Below, piece by piece: positions 10,813-23,471 of a DNA stretch of 39,117 bases. The notes under the pieces were generated by a model. It was not told the DNA's origin. It made no database searches and was given only the letters and a program-made list of their open reading frames with translations. A program made the position numbers and the translations under genes. Within the stretch, counting starts at the first letter, position 1; each line of letters starts with the position of its first letter. Source of the stretch: Catajapyx aquilonaris (Eukaryota); the NCBI GenBank assembly GCA_000934665.2, contig JYFJ02003659.1:1-39117 (forward strand), written 5' to 3'.

Positions 10813-13800
10813 AATCGCTTACCATGGATATGCCTGAATCCGTATACTATCCACTCCCCTGCTTAGTGCTCTTTATCGGATAATTTTTCCATTACTGTGC
10901 GAGTGACCCTTTCCTGCGTGACTGTTATGCCTCAGAGAATTATTAATGAGTCTGCCTGGAGTCTTTTTCCATTATTACATCTCGACGAATCGGTGCAAAT
11001 TGAAAGGAGCAAAATGTGGTCGAGAAAAAAATTAACGACATCTCTATACACCCAGGTATAAAGTGATTCGGTGATTCTCAGGACGTATAGCCCTTGACTC
11101 ATGTCTGACTCACCATCGAATATCGTTTGCAATCTTAAAGACCTGAAATTCAGGGCGATAAAATAACAACAGAATAATTTTTAGATATACTCGTATGATG
11201 CTGTGATGTTTTTTGAATGCATCTCTTATGTAAGCCCGTCTTTCACACATTTTTGCATGGGTCTGGAACTTTTACGAGATAAGACTGATTCAAAGTCCCA
11301 AAGTATGCGACAACTATACTGTAATATGCTGTGCGTATCTCACTTTTGACCCAAATCTGACATCGATCGTTCTGAACTGCAGATCTTCACTTGGAAATTG
11401 TCATTACACTTTCTTGGTTATTTACATGCAAATGTTTTTATATAACTTACTCTACTTGTAAATATTCTCAATATTCTGTCAAGCAAGAGAGTTGTATCCA
11501 AATGCTAATGCCTATTTCTTGTCAAATGTGATAATGTTTCCACAAATGTTTTCAGTAGCTCACTACTACAGGTAAATGGGATGATAATTTTTTGGACCCG
11601 TAATAATATTAATGATTGTCCAGAAGCATAAAACTGTTGGACATTCCCACCCCTCTCCCCACCATACCGGTAAAGCAGTATATTTTAATATTTTTCCTAC
11701 TTTTAATATAGTGCACGCGTCGTCCATGTAAGACCAAGATTAATTATTAATAATGACCATAACGGTATTAATATGCACTACCAGTATAGTATAAACCCTC
11801 AATATTTTGGTTCCAAAAAATTCTAGGGACATAATATTACAGTCCTTTGTTACCAAAACATCTACTGATTAAATCTTGTCGTTTGGCTTCATATCATCAA
11901 ATTTTAGACACACTATTTATGTAATTAATAATTTCAACATCCATTTTCGCAATATAATAATGAAGGATATAACTATGGTGTGTAACATGTGCCACCAACA
12001 CAGTTTTAACAAAGATCGCGGAGGAAACAGCAATTAAAGGATTCAGTGGGCCTGCCCAGCACGTTCATTAGTATATGCAGTGTAAACAATGGAGCCAGTC
12101 AGAAGCAGGTGACTGTGAATATGAACAATTTTGAACGGTGTATGGTTGGTATGCCATATAGGTTATATGAAAATAATATTCATGACCTATCAAATAAAAA
12201 ATCATTTGGCCGATTTTTAAAGGAAGTATACTGGTAGCCTATGTTAAAGCAAACATGAGACTGATCCACCCGAGTCACACAGTAAAGCTATATGCCCCCC
12301 TTTAAAATAAGGCACATCCCAATTTGCAGAGGGCTGCCGTGAACTGCATGAAAGGGACAAGCTCCTCTAAAGTGTGTCCCAAATGGAATTTAAGAGGTAG
12401 AAGTCAGCGCCCATAAAAGTGCGATTAATTAATCTGGTTTCGACACGGGTGAGTTGACAATCGTCCGTCCGTGCGGAACGTCGCAGCCCATGCGTGATTA
12501 CCAGACTACCAGTAATAGGTTTCGCTACATCTTAAGAGATTATCCCCGTCGCTCAATTCCCCATGCAATGGAGCTTCTACTCTCCGCGGACAAACATTTT
12601 GATAAATAAAACAGGGGCATTAATCTGAAGGCGGCTAAATGGTGGGTTTTTAGCGGGTGTGTGCCTGTTTTCCCCGGCTCCATGAAGCCCGCCAGAGACG
12701 CGTATATTCTCATTATGTGTCCCGCATTCCGCTGCATGAAAACACTTTTGGGATATAACTTTCTGCAGTCGCATCTGGAGCTGAGTCCATGTAATATCGC
12801 GCAGGGTAGGCCAGCACTGTTCTCCAAATACTTCAAGATAAATAAAAATTGGGCTAGAAGTGTCGCTCGAGGTGCACCAGGGGTCACTGAATGCGAATAA
12901 CGAAACAAAGCGTCGGACTATTTGTACAGTACAATTCGTGTGTGTGAACTCAATGCCCGGGTGCACGAAACGGGCGAACCTGGCGAACAGTGGACAGTAA
13001 AAAAAAAACACTTTCCCTTGTCCGTTACTAAAGGGATATGGGGAGCCCAAAGCATGTTAAAATGGCGGGGGCAGTGATCGTCAGAATAATGTCTAGTGTC
13101 TCTGTGGGTTCCAAACACCCCAACGATGAAATGAATTATTTTAGCTTTTGCCCTACTTGTGCATTGCCTGATAAAGCCGTCTCTTTCGTTAGTGTCATGT
13201 CACCTGCTCTAACAGTAGGTATACTCATTTTCAGATTGAATTACTATTCACTTTGGAGCTCTTCAGAGAGGCTCGCTCAGAGAACTTGGTGGAAGACAGT
13301 GAGAGAGAACATTTTATTTCCCTGGTTCGATTCAAGGATAGAAACTGCCTTCAGGCGTCGGCAACAGCCCTCGAGTCTTGTTCTCTTAATTAACTTTCTC
13401 GCAAATGCTAACCTGATTATCTCATGGCCCGAACAAAAGTCTAGGCAGTACAGGCTGCTTCACATTTCTCTAGTTTATTTTAGTTCGCATGATTATGCTG
13501 ATTACTTCAAGGATTACTTGAGATTGTGTTGTAATGAATGTGGTGTACCGGGTGTCGAACTGTGTTCATACCAATGATGTTTCCAATCAATCAAATCATT
13601 ATTATGAACCAGAATTATCAATAATGGATACGTCTCTTAAAATATTGGTCAGCTCTAGCACCATGTCTAGTGCAATAGCCTACTGTAAACATTTAACCGC
13701 ATCCATTTTTGAAGTAGAAGAGCTGTTTACTCACCGAGACACTGAGTGCACCACCGTTTTCGAGTGCAGTGTTGCAACATAGGATAATGGCAGTCCCGGA

Positions 13801-14710
13801 TAAGCGGCGTGGCTAACGTAAAACTGAACTTATTGCTGACTCCAAACAGTCCGAGTACTGTTTTCATTACTGCAGGCTCACTGTAGGCCTACTTCATTAC
13901 CATATCATGGTGCAGTAGGTTATACAATTGCTTCGAACTGTAGCCAGACCTCGGTCACATTGTTCATATATACTTAAAGAACCATGCTGCAGAGATGAGG
14001 AGTGAATTAACTTACATATGTCAGAAAAATCCCAAGATTCAGCAATGGGAAGAGTTTATTTGTACAACTGGTAGTTCCTGTAACAAATCATCGGTATCAA
14101 AAATCAATGCGATATATTCCTAAAGAGATTATGACAAGTAGTAGTTGTTGGGCTCCATTCGTTAAAATCAGGATCTGAAAGGAAGTCTAAGCTTCTCTGC
14201 AGAAAATAAGGCTTAGGCTTCCACTTGACAGGTTCATATTTGATTTGTGAATTAACCATATGCATCGGTATGCATCAGTCTAAGAATATTAGTGCCACTT
14301 GATCATACCTCCGCACAGTCTCACTGACGTTGAACTTTATAAGAGAAATTCCGTCATTCATCACTATATATATTCAGATGCCCAATAAGATGCTGAAAGA
14401 AGCTTATAAACTTGTGTAATTCGTATTTCCTTGCAAATTGCGAATTACTAAGAAGCATGTAAGTCTTATGCACTTATGGTTAAAAATCCCGACTTGTACA
14501 TTTGCAAACTGATTCCGCACAATTCCGAAGTTCTTACATCAGTGCCGAGTATGAAGCATCAATTCACAAAAATAGTTACTTCCACGTTCAGAAACAACAT
14601 GGCTGAATTGACGCCCGAACAACACCTGACGTTCGCTTAACCAAATTAGGCCAAGTACATCATCTTGTAATTGAATAATTTACCACAATAATGGCAGTAA
14701 CGTGCCATAC

Positions 14711-14822
14711 CTGACTTGAGGCCAGCCATTCTAGTCTGGAGTACACCTGATGGTAATGTACTATATAGAGGAGCGGTGGCCTGCATAACCCAATCTCCAG
14801 TGGCCCCTGCCATCCGTTTGCT
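14711..14822 (-). other. Candidate 112-nt exon (phase 0 to 1)
   Basis: Acceptor CTCACGATTTATCCCTCTCCACAG, donor CAG|GTATGG, open frame SKRMAGATGDWVMQATAPLYSTLPSGVLQTRMAGLKS. Confidence 0.25.
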
Positions 14823-15830
14823 CTGTGGAGAGGGATAAATCGTGAGACGGAGATCAGCGTGAGTATATTTAAAGAGCATTAATTTGATTACCTAATTTAC
14901 GGTGTAAATTTACTGGTCTCACAACAGCAGTGAAAGATCGATTGGGGACGTGGGACGCGAAACTTTCTAAAACTGGCAGGCAAAACCTGGTTGTGCGGCA
15001 CTGTTCCGGAAACTCCACTGAATCTAGTTTAGTATTTGGCGGGTCGTGGACCTTGCCGCATGTAACGGGACCGATAATGGGAAATATTACGCCGAATTTC
15101 GCGCCTGGCAAGCCATTCGGAGGGGGAGGGGGCAATGTTATTTCGGCTATATCTTTTAAATCCATTATCAGAGAAGGAAAGTAATGTTAGTACGTAAGAG
15201 AAGTAATCTGTAAGGACACCCACGTTGCTTGGTCGATTCAGCTTAATATTAGTAGCTAATATTTTTGATAACCATTAAAATAACTGTGCTCAAGTATCTG
15301 CTACAAAATAAGCAGCTTAATGTCAACAAAATACCCAGCACAGCAGTCGACGAGTATATTTTGGATCACTCTGTATTTAGGCAATCTTTACGTCTTGCAT
15401 TGTGCACTGGACTCGCTTTCCGTTGACTCCGTATGGCCGCTATGCCCGTAAAGAGTGTACCGGTAATGTAATCTGACATTTTACGATCCTATTACATCAC
15501 CGCGGCTCCCGTTCATTAGCTGGAAAAAGGGTACATCATCGGTTAAAATGTGCAGTCTATGCCTATCATATGACATATTAATGTATAGAATTATTAAAAT
15601 GGAAGGCTAGAGTGAATTTCAATATTACGATTCTCGGAAACGTTATAACTTACAAATTGTGTGTATCGTATTTCTATAGAGTATTTAGACTGCATAACCT
15701 TGTACATGTAGCCTATAATATTTATCTTCCTGTATATCAGGAGGAATAATTTACTTGGACTTTTAAACTCATTTTTCTGAATATTCACGATCTGATGATT
15801 GGTCAGCGAATGCACTTTGCACATAATATG

Positions 15831-16258
15831 TAGGGTGGGCCAAAAGTCGCCGTACCACTCGCGGTATGGCGAAGGTTTAATTATGTTTCATTACTTATAA
15901 TCATCTTAATTGAAAGTATATAGTGCATCTTTATTCACTTGATGAAATTATTGTTACTTATAGTACGATGAGTCTGTATTATGTCAAGCCACTTGCTTCA
16001 TTGTTTGTCTCGTGTGTTATTCGCGCGCACCTAAACGAACGCTTTTCACTAACCAACACTGTAAGGGTTTTTGTCTGCCATTCTGGTGCGACTGGTATTT
16101 CTCACTTCGACTAAGTGACCTGGTAATATGGAATGTCAGAAGGTGCAATGTTGCTAATCTCCCCCCCAACGCCCCCAACCCCCAAAAAAGGGAAAACCAC
16201 AGGAATAGGCTTAGCAAATTAAATACTGCAGGGTCACGGGTACTTTTGGCCCACAATG
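15831..16258. mobile_element. Degenerate mariner-type MITE
   Basis: Inverted GTGGGCCAAAAGT / ACTTTTGGCCCAC near both ends; right end followed by TA. Confidence 0.5.
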
Positions 16259-17941
16259 TACATTAATGCGCATACTGTACTCTACACAAAAATGGAAAAC
16301 TTACGACTCTTGAATCATGAATGTGTCTGACATAAAAGAAGTTATCAAAGTCATTCGCCCATACGAATATTGGACGATATCAGCAGCAGCATCCTCATTA
16401 GCATGTTGTTATTGTTTCTTTTAAGATTCTTTAAAAATTTAGTTATTGATAATAATCTAAACGATTTATTTATTATATTTTCCCCTTATTGAATCTCACC
16501 CCACATTACTTGCATTCTTAAACAATCCATTAAGTAAGCTTCCGATCAACAACACATTCCACGAGCACGCTTTCCTGACAAGGGCCAGGGTGTGGTGTAA
16601 ATATTTCGTTGATTTTAACAAATAACTAACACTAACTCTACGAAAAAATATCCAAATGCATTTAACGTGTGGAGAATTATTGCACAGATATGGAACGATC
16701 GCGTCCATTGAATTTCAACTGCAGCAAAATACCAAAATTATATAAAATAATTCACGGATAATTAGCCTACTATATGCAAGTATTAATGTACACATCTGAG
16801 AATCTTGTAGCCCCTCATTTTAACAAACCAAATTGATATCTGGTAATCAGCAGTCACGCAGGGTTCCAGTTATTGAATGAGAAAAATATTTTTCAACATG
16901 ATTACTGTCAGATACTTTTGCACGCATACATCAGTAATGCAGCCGTGCTATGTGCTACTCAAATGATTCTAATGTCGGTGTTCTGCACACTCCGAGTGCG
17001 AGTGGTAAACTCCCCAGAGGGCGACTTTTTAATCCAATTTCATCACCACTATAATATGGAAAAAGTTAGTAAGCCTAACGAAATTAGGAGGAAGATTTTT
17101 CATAGTTATTTTCTCCTGGGTTGACGCCAATATTTGTTTAAAAATATTTACGAAAAATCCGTACAAGGTTTTCAGTCACGAAAATGCTACAATGTAATAC
17201 AGTATTTTACGATGACCTCTTCCATTTCGCCTCCTCCTGTAAACTGTACTGTACTGTACATACGCCGCCCCAGCCACGTAATGAACATTTGATCCCTCTG
17301 TGCAATAGTATACCGAACACACCTGTCCTATTCGTGGACCACTCCTATCGTTTGCGTTCACCGGATCGATCAGGTACCATATAACTTAACAACTAACCCC
17401 TTCCACGCACTATAGGTTTAACGACTGTCGATTTAAAACAAAATCGGGGGACGGTTTGGATACATTTGATTCTCCTGGAACTAATTCATCACGGCGATCC
17501 CATTTCCGTAAATTGTCACAAAAAATGGGGTGGAAACGGCAGGAATGATGGTCACAAGTCCGGTCTCGCAGAATATATTCACAAGAGGGACTCTGGTCAG
17601 GAATGATTGTTAAAATTCAGGGGACTGCTGGTATAGTAGTAAAATGACACTGGCAGAGAGGCTAGCAGACACTCGTAGTACATAATTATTATACCAATAA
17701 AAAATGAGAATTGATAATAACATTGATGAAACTTGTAGTAGTGATGACTTGCATATTTTTGTCACGAATACATTTTTTTTAGAAATCAAAATGTCTTCCG
17801 GTTTTAATGCACGACAACAATCTTTACAGTATTCATATAGGGTGTGCTACAGTATATCGCTCATTGAAACCAAATGCAAAATCGTCTCCGCCATTTCCAG
17901 CGATATAGCCTATGCTGTAGTGCTGACTGTAATAAAATCAA

Positions 17942-19288
17942 CAGTGACGTCATTCACGTCAGTTCAATACAAGATTAGCCCTTGGGATTAGCCCCTGTGA
18001 TCTCGGATCTCGTTCATAATTTTTAAAGTGGATGTAAGTACCTCACCCTAAACAAACGTGTTTTTGACTATTCGTTCGGAAAAAATATCTAACGGATTTA
18101 CAGGGAGGGGTTGACTTTGCGATCACAAAACGCTCCACATATACCTGAGAAGTGACGATATCTCCCTTAATACATATCGACCTTAAATAACTGTGAGAGA
18201 GCTTAAATTAATAGTAGCTAAGGGTCCAAGGAAGAGAGAAATCCCATACAAATTTTCGTTTTGGAAAGTTTTAAAGTTTCCAAAAAATCTGAAATATTTG
18301 AATTGATTTTATAAAATATTCCAACTCCGATTTCATCTTGAATTTTTCTACTAGAACTGGAGTATCATCTTCTGCGTTCATTATAGCACCAAAATTTCGA
18401 AGGAGAATTTTATAGTGTGGGCTAGAAAATGTTTATGAGTTGCACCCCACCGGCGTCGTTTTTTGGGCTAACACTTGGCTTTTGGGATCAGTAAACATCT
18501 TTATTTCATCACCAGTGTGGCGCATCTTCAGCTTTCCTCATTTTTTTATTTGTCTACATATGAAATTCTCATCGAAATTTCAACTTTATAGTGAAAGCAG
18601 AAGACGATTCTCTTCAATAGGAATAAACGGAGTGAAAATCGGAGTTGGAGTATTTGGAACATATTTAAAAACCTTCAATTTCTACGAGAAATGTCACAAC
18701 TTTCCTTAAGCGACATTTTTTGATGTTTTCCTCCTCCTTGCACTTGTATGATTAATTTAAGCTCCTGTGCAGGGTCAATATGAAGGGAGAATGGGAGAGA
18801 GTCACTTTTCGGATGCCGTGTAGGGCCTTTATAACAAGCGGATAACTCCGTTAAATATCTGCCTGTGCGCGTGGTTGTATGTATGTTTGTTTGTTTTTCC
18901 AGACGCTACGGTCCATATATAGGCACGTTTGCTTAGAGTGGAGTACGTCGACTAAAGTCTGAACAATAGGGCGACACGGTGGTGGAGTGGTCAGCGCAGC
19001 AGCCTTCCACCTCTAAGGGCGTGAGTTCGATCCCCGGGTCGGACGGAGGATACTTATGTGGACAGAGTTGGGTTCTCTCCGTGTTCGCGTGGGTTTTCTA
19101 GGGGTTCTCCCGTTTCCTCCCACAATCAAAATCCATCACAGCACAGGCAATGATTAAAGTCGGGTATTTAAAAGATGAACCCCTAAGAGGCCCAAGGAGG
19201 CCTATCACGGGGTATCCATTATTAAGTCTTAACAATAGCCTGGAATATAAATATGAGATACCAACGGCTAGACGGAATGACGCTGCTG
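17942..19288. mobile_element. Old non-autonomous DNA element with long imperfect inverted arms, interrupted by a V-SINE
   Basis: Nested inverted matches: 18038-18060 vs 18924-18946 (19/23), AAATATCTAACGGATTTA vs TAACTCCGTTAAATATCT, GAGCTTAAATTAAT vs ATTAATTTAAGCTC, outer CGTCATTC vs GAATGACG. Confidence 0.55.
18970..19223 (+). mobile_element. tRNA-derived V-domain SINE, copy 1
   Basis: A and B boxes (TGGTGGAGTGG, AGTTCGATCCC); V-domain-like GTTCTCTCCGTGTTCGCGTGGGTTTTCT...GTTTCCTCCCAC; 15-bp TSD AAGTCT(G/T)AACAATAG at 18955-18969 and 19224-19238. Confidence 0.9.
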
Positions 19289-19510
19289 AGGATTTGCTTT
19301 TATTGCTTATGACTTAAAACGCATTTGTGTCCTTTTGTAATACTGCACTTTATAACAATTGCCTCTATTTTCAAGCCCATATCCATCATTAAATGACCCT
19401 GAGTACCTGGCTGCGCAAGAAAGAAGTGCATTTTCCCCACATTCATGATATTCATTCGTGTAAAATATGTGATAGCAGTCCACACAAAACCTAACCTTGA
19501 CAGAGAATGT

Positions 19511-19731
19511 CATTTCACGTTGCAGAGACACCGACAACATTGCATTGGAAGGAGCAGTAATAGTAACTAATTGAATCAGGAGGACTGTGACAATAATGTT
19601 CAGGTATCCGAGGAAAAATTGGCCTCCCTGAACATTATTGTCACATTAATGTTCTCCTGATTCAATTTACTACTATTAGGCCTACTGCTCCATCCAATGC
19701 AATGTTGTCGGTGTCTCTGCAACGTGAAATG
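19511..19731. repeat. ~220-bp fold-back (palindromic MITE-like)
   Basis: 39-bp perfect outer arms (CATTTCACGTTGCAGAGACACCGACAACATTGCATTGGA), further pairing inward, and a 19-bp inner stem TGTGACAATAATGTTCAGG. Confidence 0.9.
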
Positions 19732-19749
19732 AAACGAGATTGTACAGTG

Positions 19750-20858
19750 CAGGGTGTTCCAGAGTTGATGACTCACTCTTTGAAACGCAATTACTTTCGA
19801 ACGGAACAACATATTTATTTAAAGTACGCACCAAAACATCAAGGGAGGGTGCGAAAATCTTCCATGTAGGTGGCAGTGTGACCCGAGCGGTTAGGTACAC
19901 ACAGTAAATAGTCAGTGGGTTCAGTTCTGTCATCCTCTTTAATGTGTTATCTTACAAACATTTAGTGAAAGGAAAAAAGGATATCAAGGTGGGGTGGGGC
20001 ACGACCAGTACTCCGGGATATTGTCCCAGGGAAAAAGGCCTGGCGTGAAACAGCTCACTCCCTTATATAGCAGAGTACAATGCATGATGGGTGGAAGAAA
20101 AAGGAAAAGTCACATGACATGTGCATGCAGAAAGTATAGAGTGAAACGAATGGGGTAATCAAATATGCACTGAGATAAAAGGGGATGCAAGGTAGCATCA
20201 GACTGCATTGAACTGTAGGACGTTTAGACATAGAAAAACCGGTCACAGCAATACTAAGCAATACTCAGGTCTTGCAAAAAAAATGGCCGACGCAAGACTG
20301 TCGTTAGAGAACGTGTCCAGTGTGTTCGACTGTATTCAGTGACAAAAAATGTTACAGAAGTGTGCTGTCAAATGGCAAACCTTTTCAGTGGACCGGCTCC
20401 TACCAGAAAAAGTGTTGCGAGGATAAACCAACGGTTCGATGAAACTGGAAGTGTCTAGGATCAAAAGAAACCCGGAAAAGGGAGAACAGTTGTGAACGCA
20501 GAAAACAAACAGCGCATCCGAGATGCACTGGAAAGTTCTCCAGCAAAAGCAAAATCAGTCCGACGCCTGTGGGGTTATCTGAAGGAAAAGGTTTACCACC
20601 ATCGAATCGACTCCCTGGAGCATCTCCATGACATAATCACACAGTCTGAGTTCAACGCGATCCCTGTTGACTTCTGTCAGAAGGCGTGCGACAACGTCGC
20701 CTTGCGATTGCAGGCCTGCATTGACGTGGAAGGGGTTGTGGTTGACCATACCATGGAGAACAGGTCTTAAGTTAGTATTTCCTTGATGTTTTGGTACATT
20801 GTTCCGTTCGAAAGTAATTGCGTTTCAAAGAGAGAGTCATCAACTCTGGAACACCCTG
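19750..20858 (+). mobile_element. Internally deleted Tc1/mariner-superfamily transposon
   Basis: 60-bp TIRs (CAGGGTGTTCCAGAGTTGATGACTC...) with one mismatch; TA at right, TG at left; contains a transposase remnant. Confidence 0.93.
20283..20770 (+). pseudogene. Mariner-like transposase remnant (N-terminal HTH fused to C-terminus, catalytic core deleted)
   Basis: RFDETGSV*D...GKGRT HTH motif and WGYLKEKVY...RLQACIDVEG C-terminal motif; early frameshift and a stop at 20456-20458. Confidence 0.88.
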
Positions 20859-21348
20859 TACATTAAATGTACCGTACAATCACGTTGCATCAGGATGTGT
20901 AACTGCTTCGTACTATAATTTTAAACTGTTTCCACAACATGATATGCCTTACTTGTTCAACCTGAAGGAGCTTGCAATATGTTAACTGATGTAGGATATG
21001 ACCTTAAGTGGCAATTGCGTGTTCTGCATTGATTTAAAATTTTAATGAAATATTGCATGTCTGTTGTTTGTATTAAAAATTAACGGTGAGGTGATGCTCT
21101 CTTCGCAACCAGCCTTAGCGCATGGGACTTTCACATTTTATACCTTCCCCGCCGCCACTTCCGGACGAGCCTCCGCGCTCCGGGAGTTTTATCGGGGCTT
21201 CGGGATGCTCGCAGATTCCACACACTCACAAGTAGTGTGGAGATTGATTTGCCGGAGGTGCAAGGCAAGGATTCCGCAAGGCATGAATCATAGTCAGTCA
21301 AGAAAGCAAACTGTTTCCTTTACAAACAATCCCATTATATGTGTTTAT

Positions 21349-22364
21349 AAAACTTCTATAAGTCGAATCTCCACAATGCTCCTCGTTGTTTTGGTGTAAA
21401 AAAAAACTTCGTTATGGACATTTGCCTAAGACTCTTAGATTCAATTGTCACAATCTAGTCAAACACTTCTTTCGGTACATCTGGTAGACGGAGATCAGGA
21501 AATTGAGCCTTTCTGTACATGTGGCCTACTCTCGACCCTTCGGCTGGGAAATGAGAAAATTTTCCGTACTCGCCAACATGAACTTCGGCTTAGGGAGACT
21601 GAAAATGCATTGATATCCCATCGTAAGGCCCTGCCTGCACTTCGAGTTATGGAGAACTTCGAGTTACAGAAATTCGAGTTAGGGAAGTTTATTTCCTATT
21701 ACAAAACTTCTATAAGTCGAACTTCCCTAAGTCGAAGTTCTCTATAAGTCGAAGAAAATGACGAGCTTGGTTGGTCGCAATGTAAAATAATAGGAAATAA
21801 ACTTCCCTAACTCGAATTTCTATAACTCGAAGTACTCCATAACTCGAAGTGCAGGCAGGGCCTTACGATGGGATAGCAATGCATTTTCAGTCTCCCTAAG
21901 TCGGAGTTCATGTTGGCGAGTAAGGAAAATTTTCTCATTTCCCAGCCGAAGGGTCCAGAGTAGGCCACATGTACTGTACAAAAAGCTCAATTTCCTGCCG
22001 TAACCAAAGAAGTGTTTGAATCGATTGTGAAAATTAAATCCTTGAATTTAAGAGTAGCCAAATGTCCATAACTGAGTTTTTTATAACAAAACAATGAGAA
22101 ACATTGTAAGTGTGATAATGACAATAATTTTTAAGTTTTGAACACCTACTTTCGTCGCTGGATACGAAGGTAGGCTTCCTTATTGAGTTATGTGCTTAAA
22201 TAATTCCAAACTTCTCTAACTCGAATCTTCTATAACTCGAAGTTTTTTCCTGGTCCCACGGAGATTCGACTTATGGAAGTTTTACTGTATTTTACATGGT
22301 GACCAACCAAGCTCATCATTTCTTCGACTTATAGAGAACTTCGACTTAGGGAAGTTCGACTTAT
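21349..22364. mobile_element. Complex of Tigger/pogo-like MITEs forming interleaved inverted repeats
   Basis: Y 21349-21701 is inverted at 21788-22283; X 21703-21787 is inverted at 22288-22364; TIR-like GATTCGACTTATGGAAGTTTTACTG|TA at 22287; repeated TCGA-containing subterminal units. Confidence 0.85.
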
Positions 22365-22506
22365 GTCTATTTGCTATTACTATTGTCTATTTACTATTTG
22401 CTTTATTTTTGACGCAGCCTATTGTGGCTGTTTTAAATAGTGACTGAGTCCGCATATTTAATTCTCAGTAATACGGAATAATTAAATGGAATATTCTGGT
22501 ATATAT

Positions 22507-23230
22507 GGGTGATTCTCCAAAAACTTACCAATACCATGTCCCGGCATAATAACTCAAAAATGGCTTGACTGAGAGAGTTGATTTTTTAAACATTTGGAGA
22601 AGCAGTTGACACCTAGCCACCCCCATGAAAACAAAGAAAAATATTAAATTAAGTTTTACCGCAAAAAATGTCAAAGGGCCTAAAATCACTATTCTTGGCA
22701 TGTCCCGATCTCATTTTAAAGCATGCTATATTTTCTTAAAATTTTACGATTAAAATTAGACAAGTTTCAATACTATAATTAAATTGTACATAGTTGCAGG
22801 TATAAGACAACATTTTTAAAACTATTTATTCATTTGACATGACCTTGCTGCATCACTCCAAAGTGTGTCCCGAGTTTTCCCGGAAATAAAAAGTTCACAC
22901 TCCTGGCTCATTTTTCTATGTCACAAAATAGCTTAAATGTTTTGAAATAACTGTGATTCCATGGCATGAAGGGTCTTCTTGAATCCACAGAAATTTCCAG
23001 AGTCAACGTTTGTTCTGGACCGTGATATTAATCCTAATGCATCGAAAGGCCATTCTTCTGGCTCCCGAACTCCTGGAAATAATATTCACTCTCCTTTAAA
23101 TTAGTTAGTAAAGTTTAGTTAGTAAACATCTGGTGATCTGAGAGAGTCGTGAGTGACTATAAACCGTGGATGCCCCCCCTTGGGAACCTTCCCCTTCCCC
23201 CCAAAACGAGCCGCAATGGCTCGAGCACGG

Positions 23231-23308
<78 letters not shown>

Positions 23309-23471
23309 CACTTCCCTGGCATTAGAATATCAGAGTTAGTTCTCCATATTTTCCACTGATTTGTGACCTCATATACAATTGAGTAAGTGAGAATTTTTCC
23401 AGATTTTTAAAACAAGTTTTGAAATTCATTAATGCTTGCTTTGAAAATGGTAAGTTTTTGGAGAATCACCC
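22507..23471. mobile_element. Non-autonomous DNA transposon (Sola2-like GGG..CCC with ATAT TSD, or a TA-targeting element)
   Basis: Perfect 29-bp inverted repeat TATATGGGTGATTCTCCAAAAACTTACCA at 22502-22530 and 23448-23476; superfamily uncertain. Confidence 0.85.
23150..23308 (+). mobile_element. 5'-truncated SINE/LINE 3' end with (TAA)n tail, nested in the DNA element
   Basis: Shares GACTATA...CCCTTGGGAACCT and the CCCC..hairpin..CACGGGGTA end with the 7812-8128 SINE; (TAA)n at 23233-23308. Confidence 0.7.

Noticed and set aside
12540..13577. Overlapping 122-179-aa ORFs
   Set aside because: No recognisable motifs; ORFs on both strands in a locally GC-richer, probably TE-derived tract whose ends I could not define.
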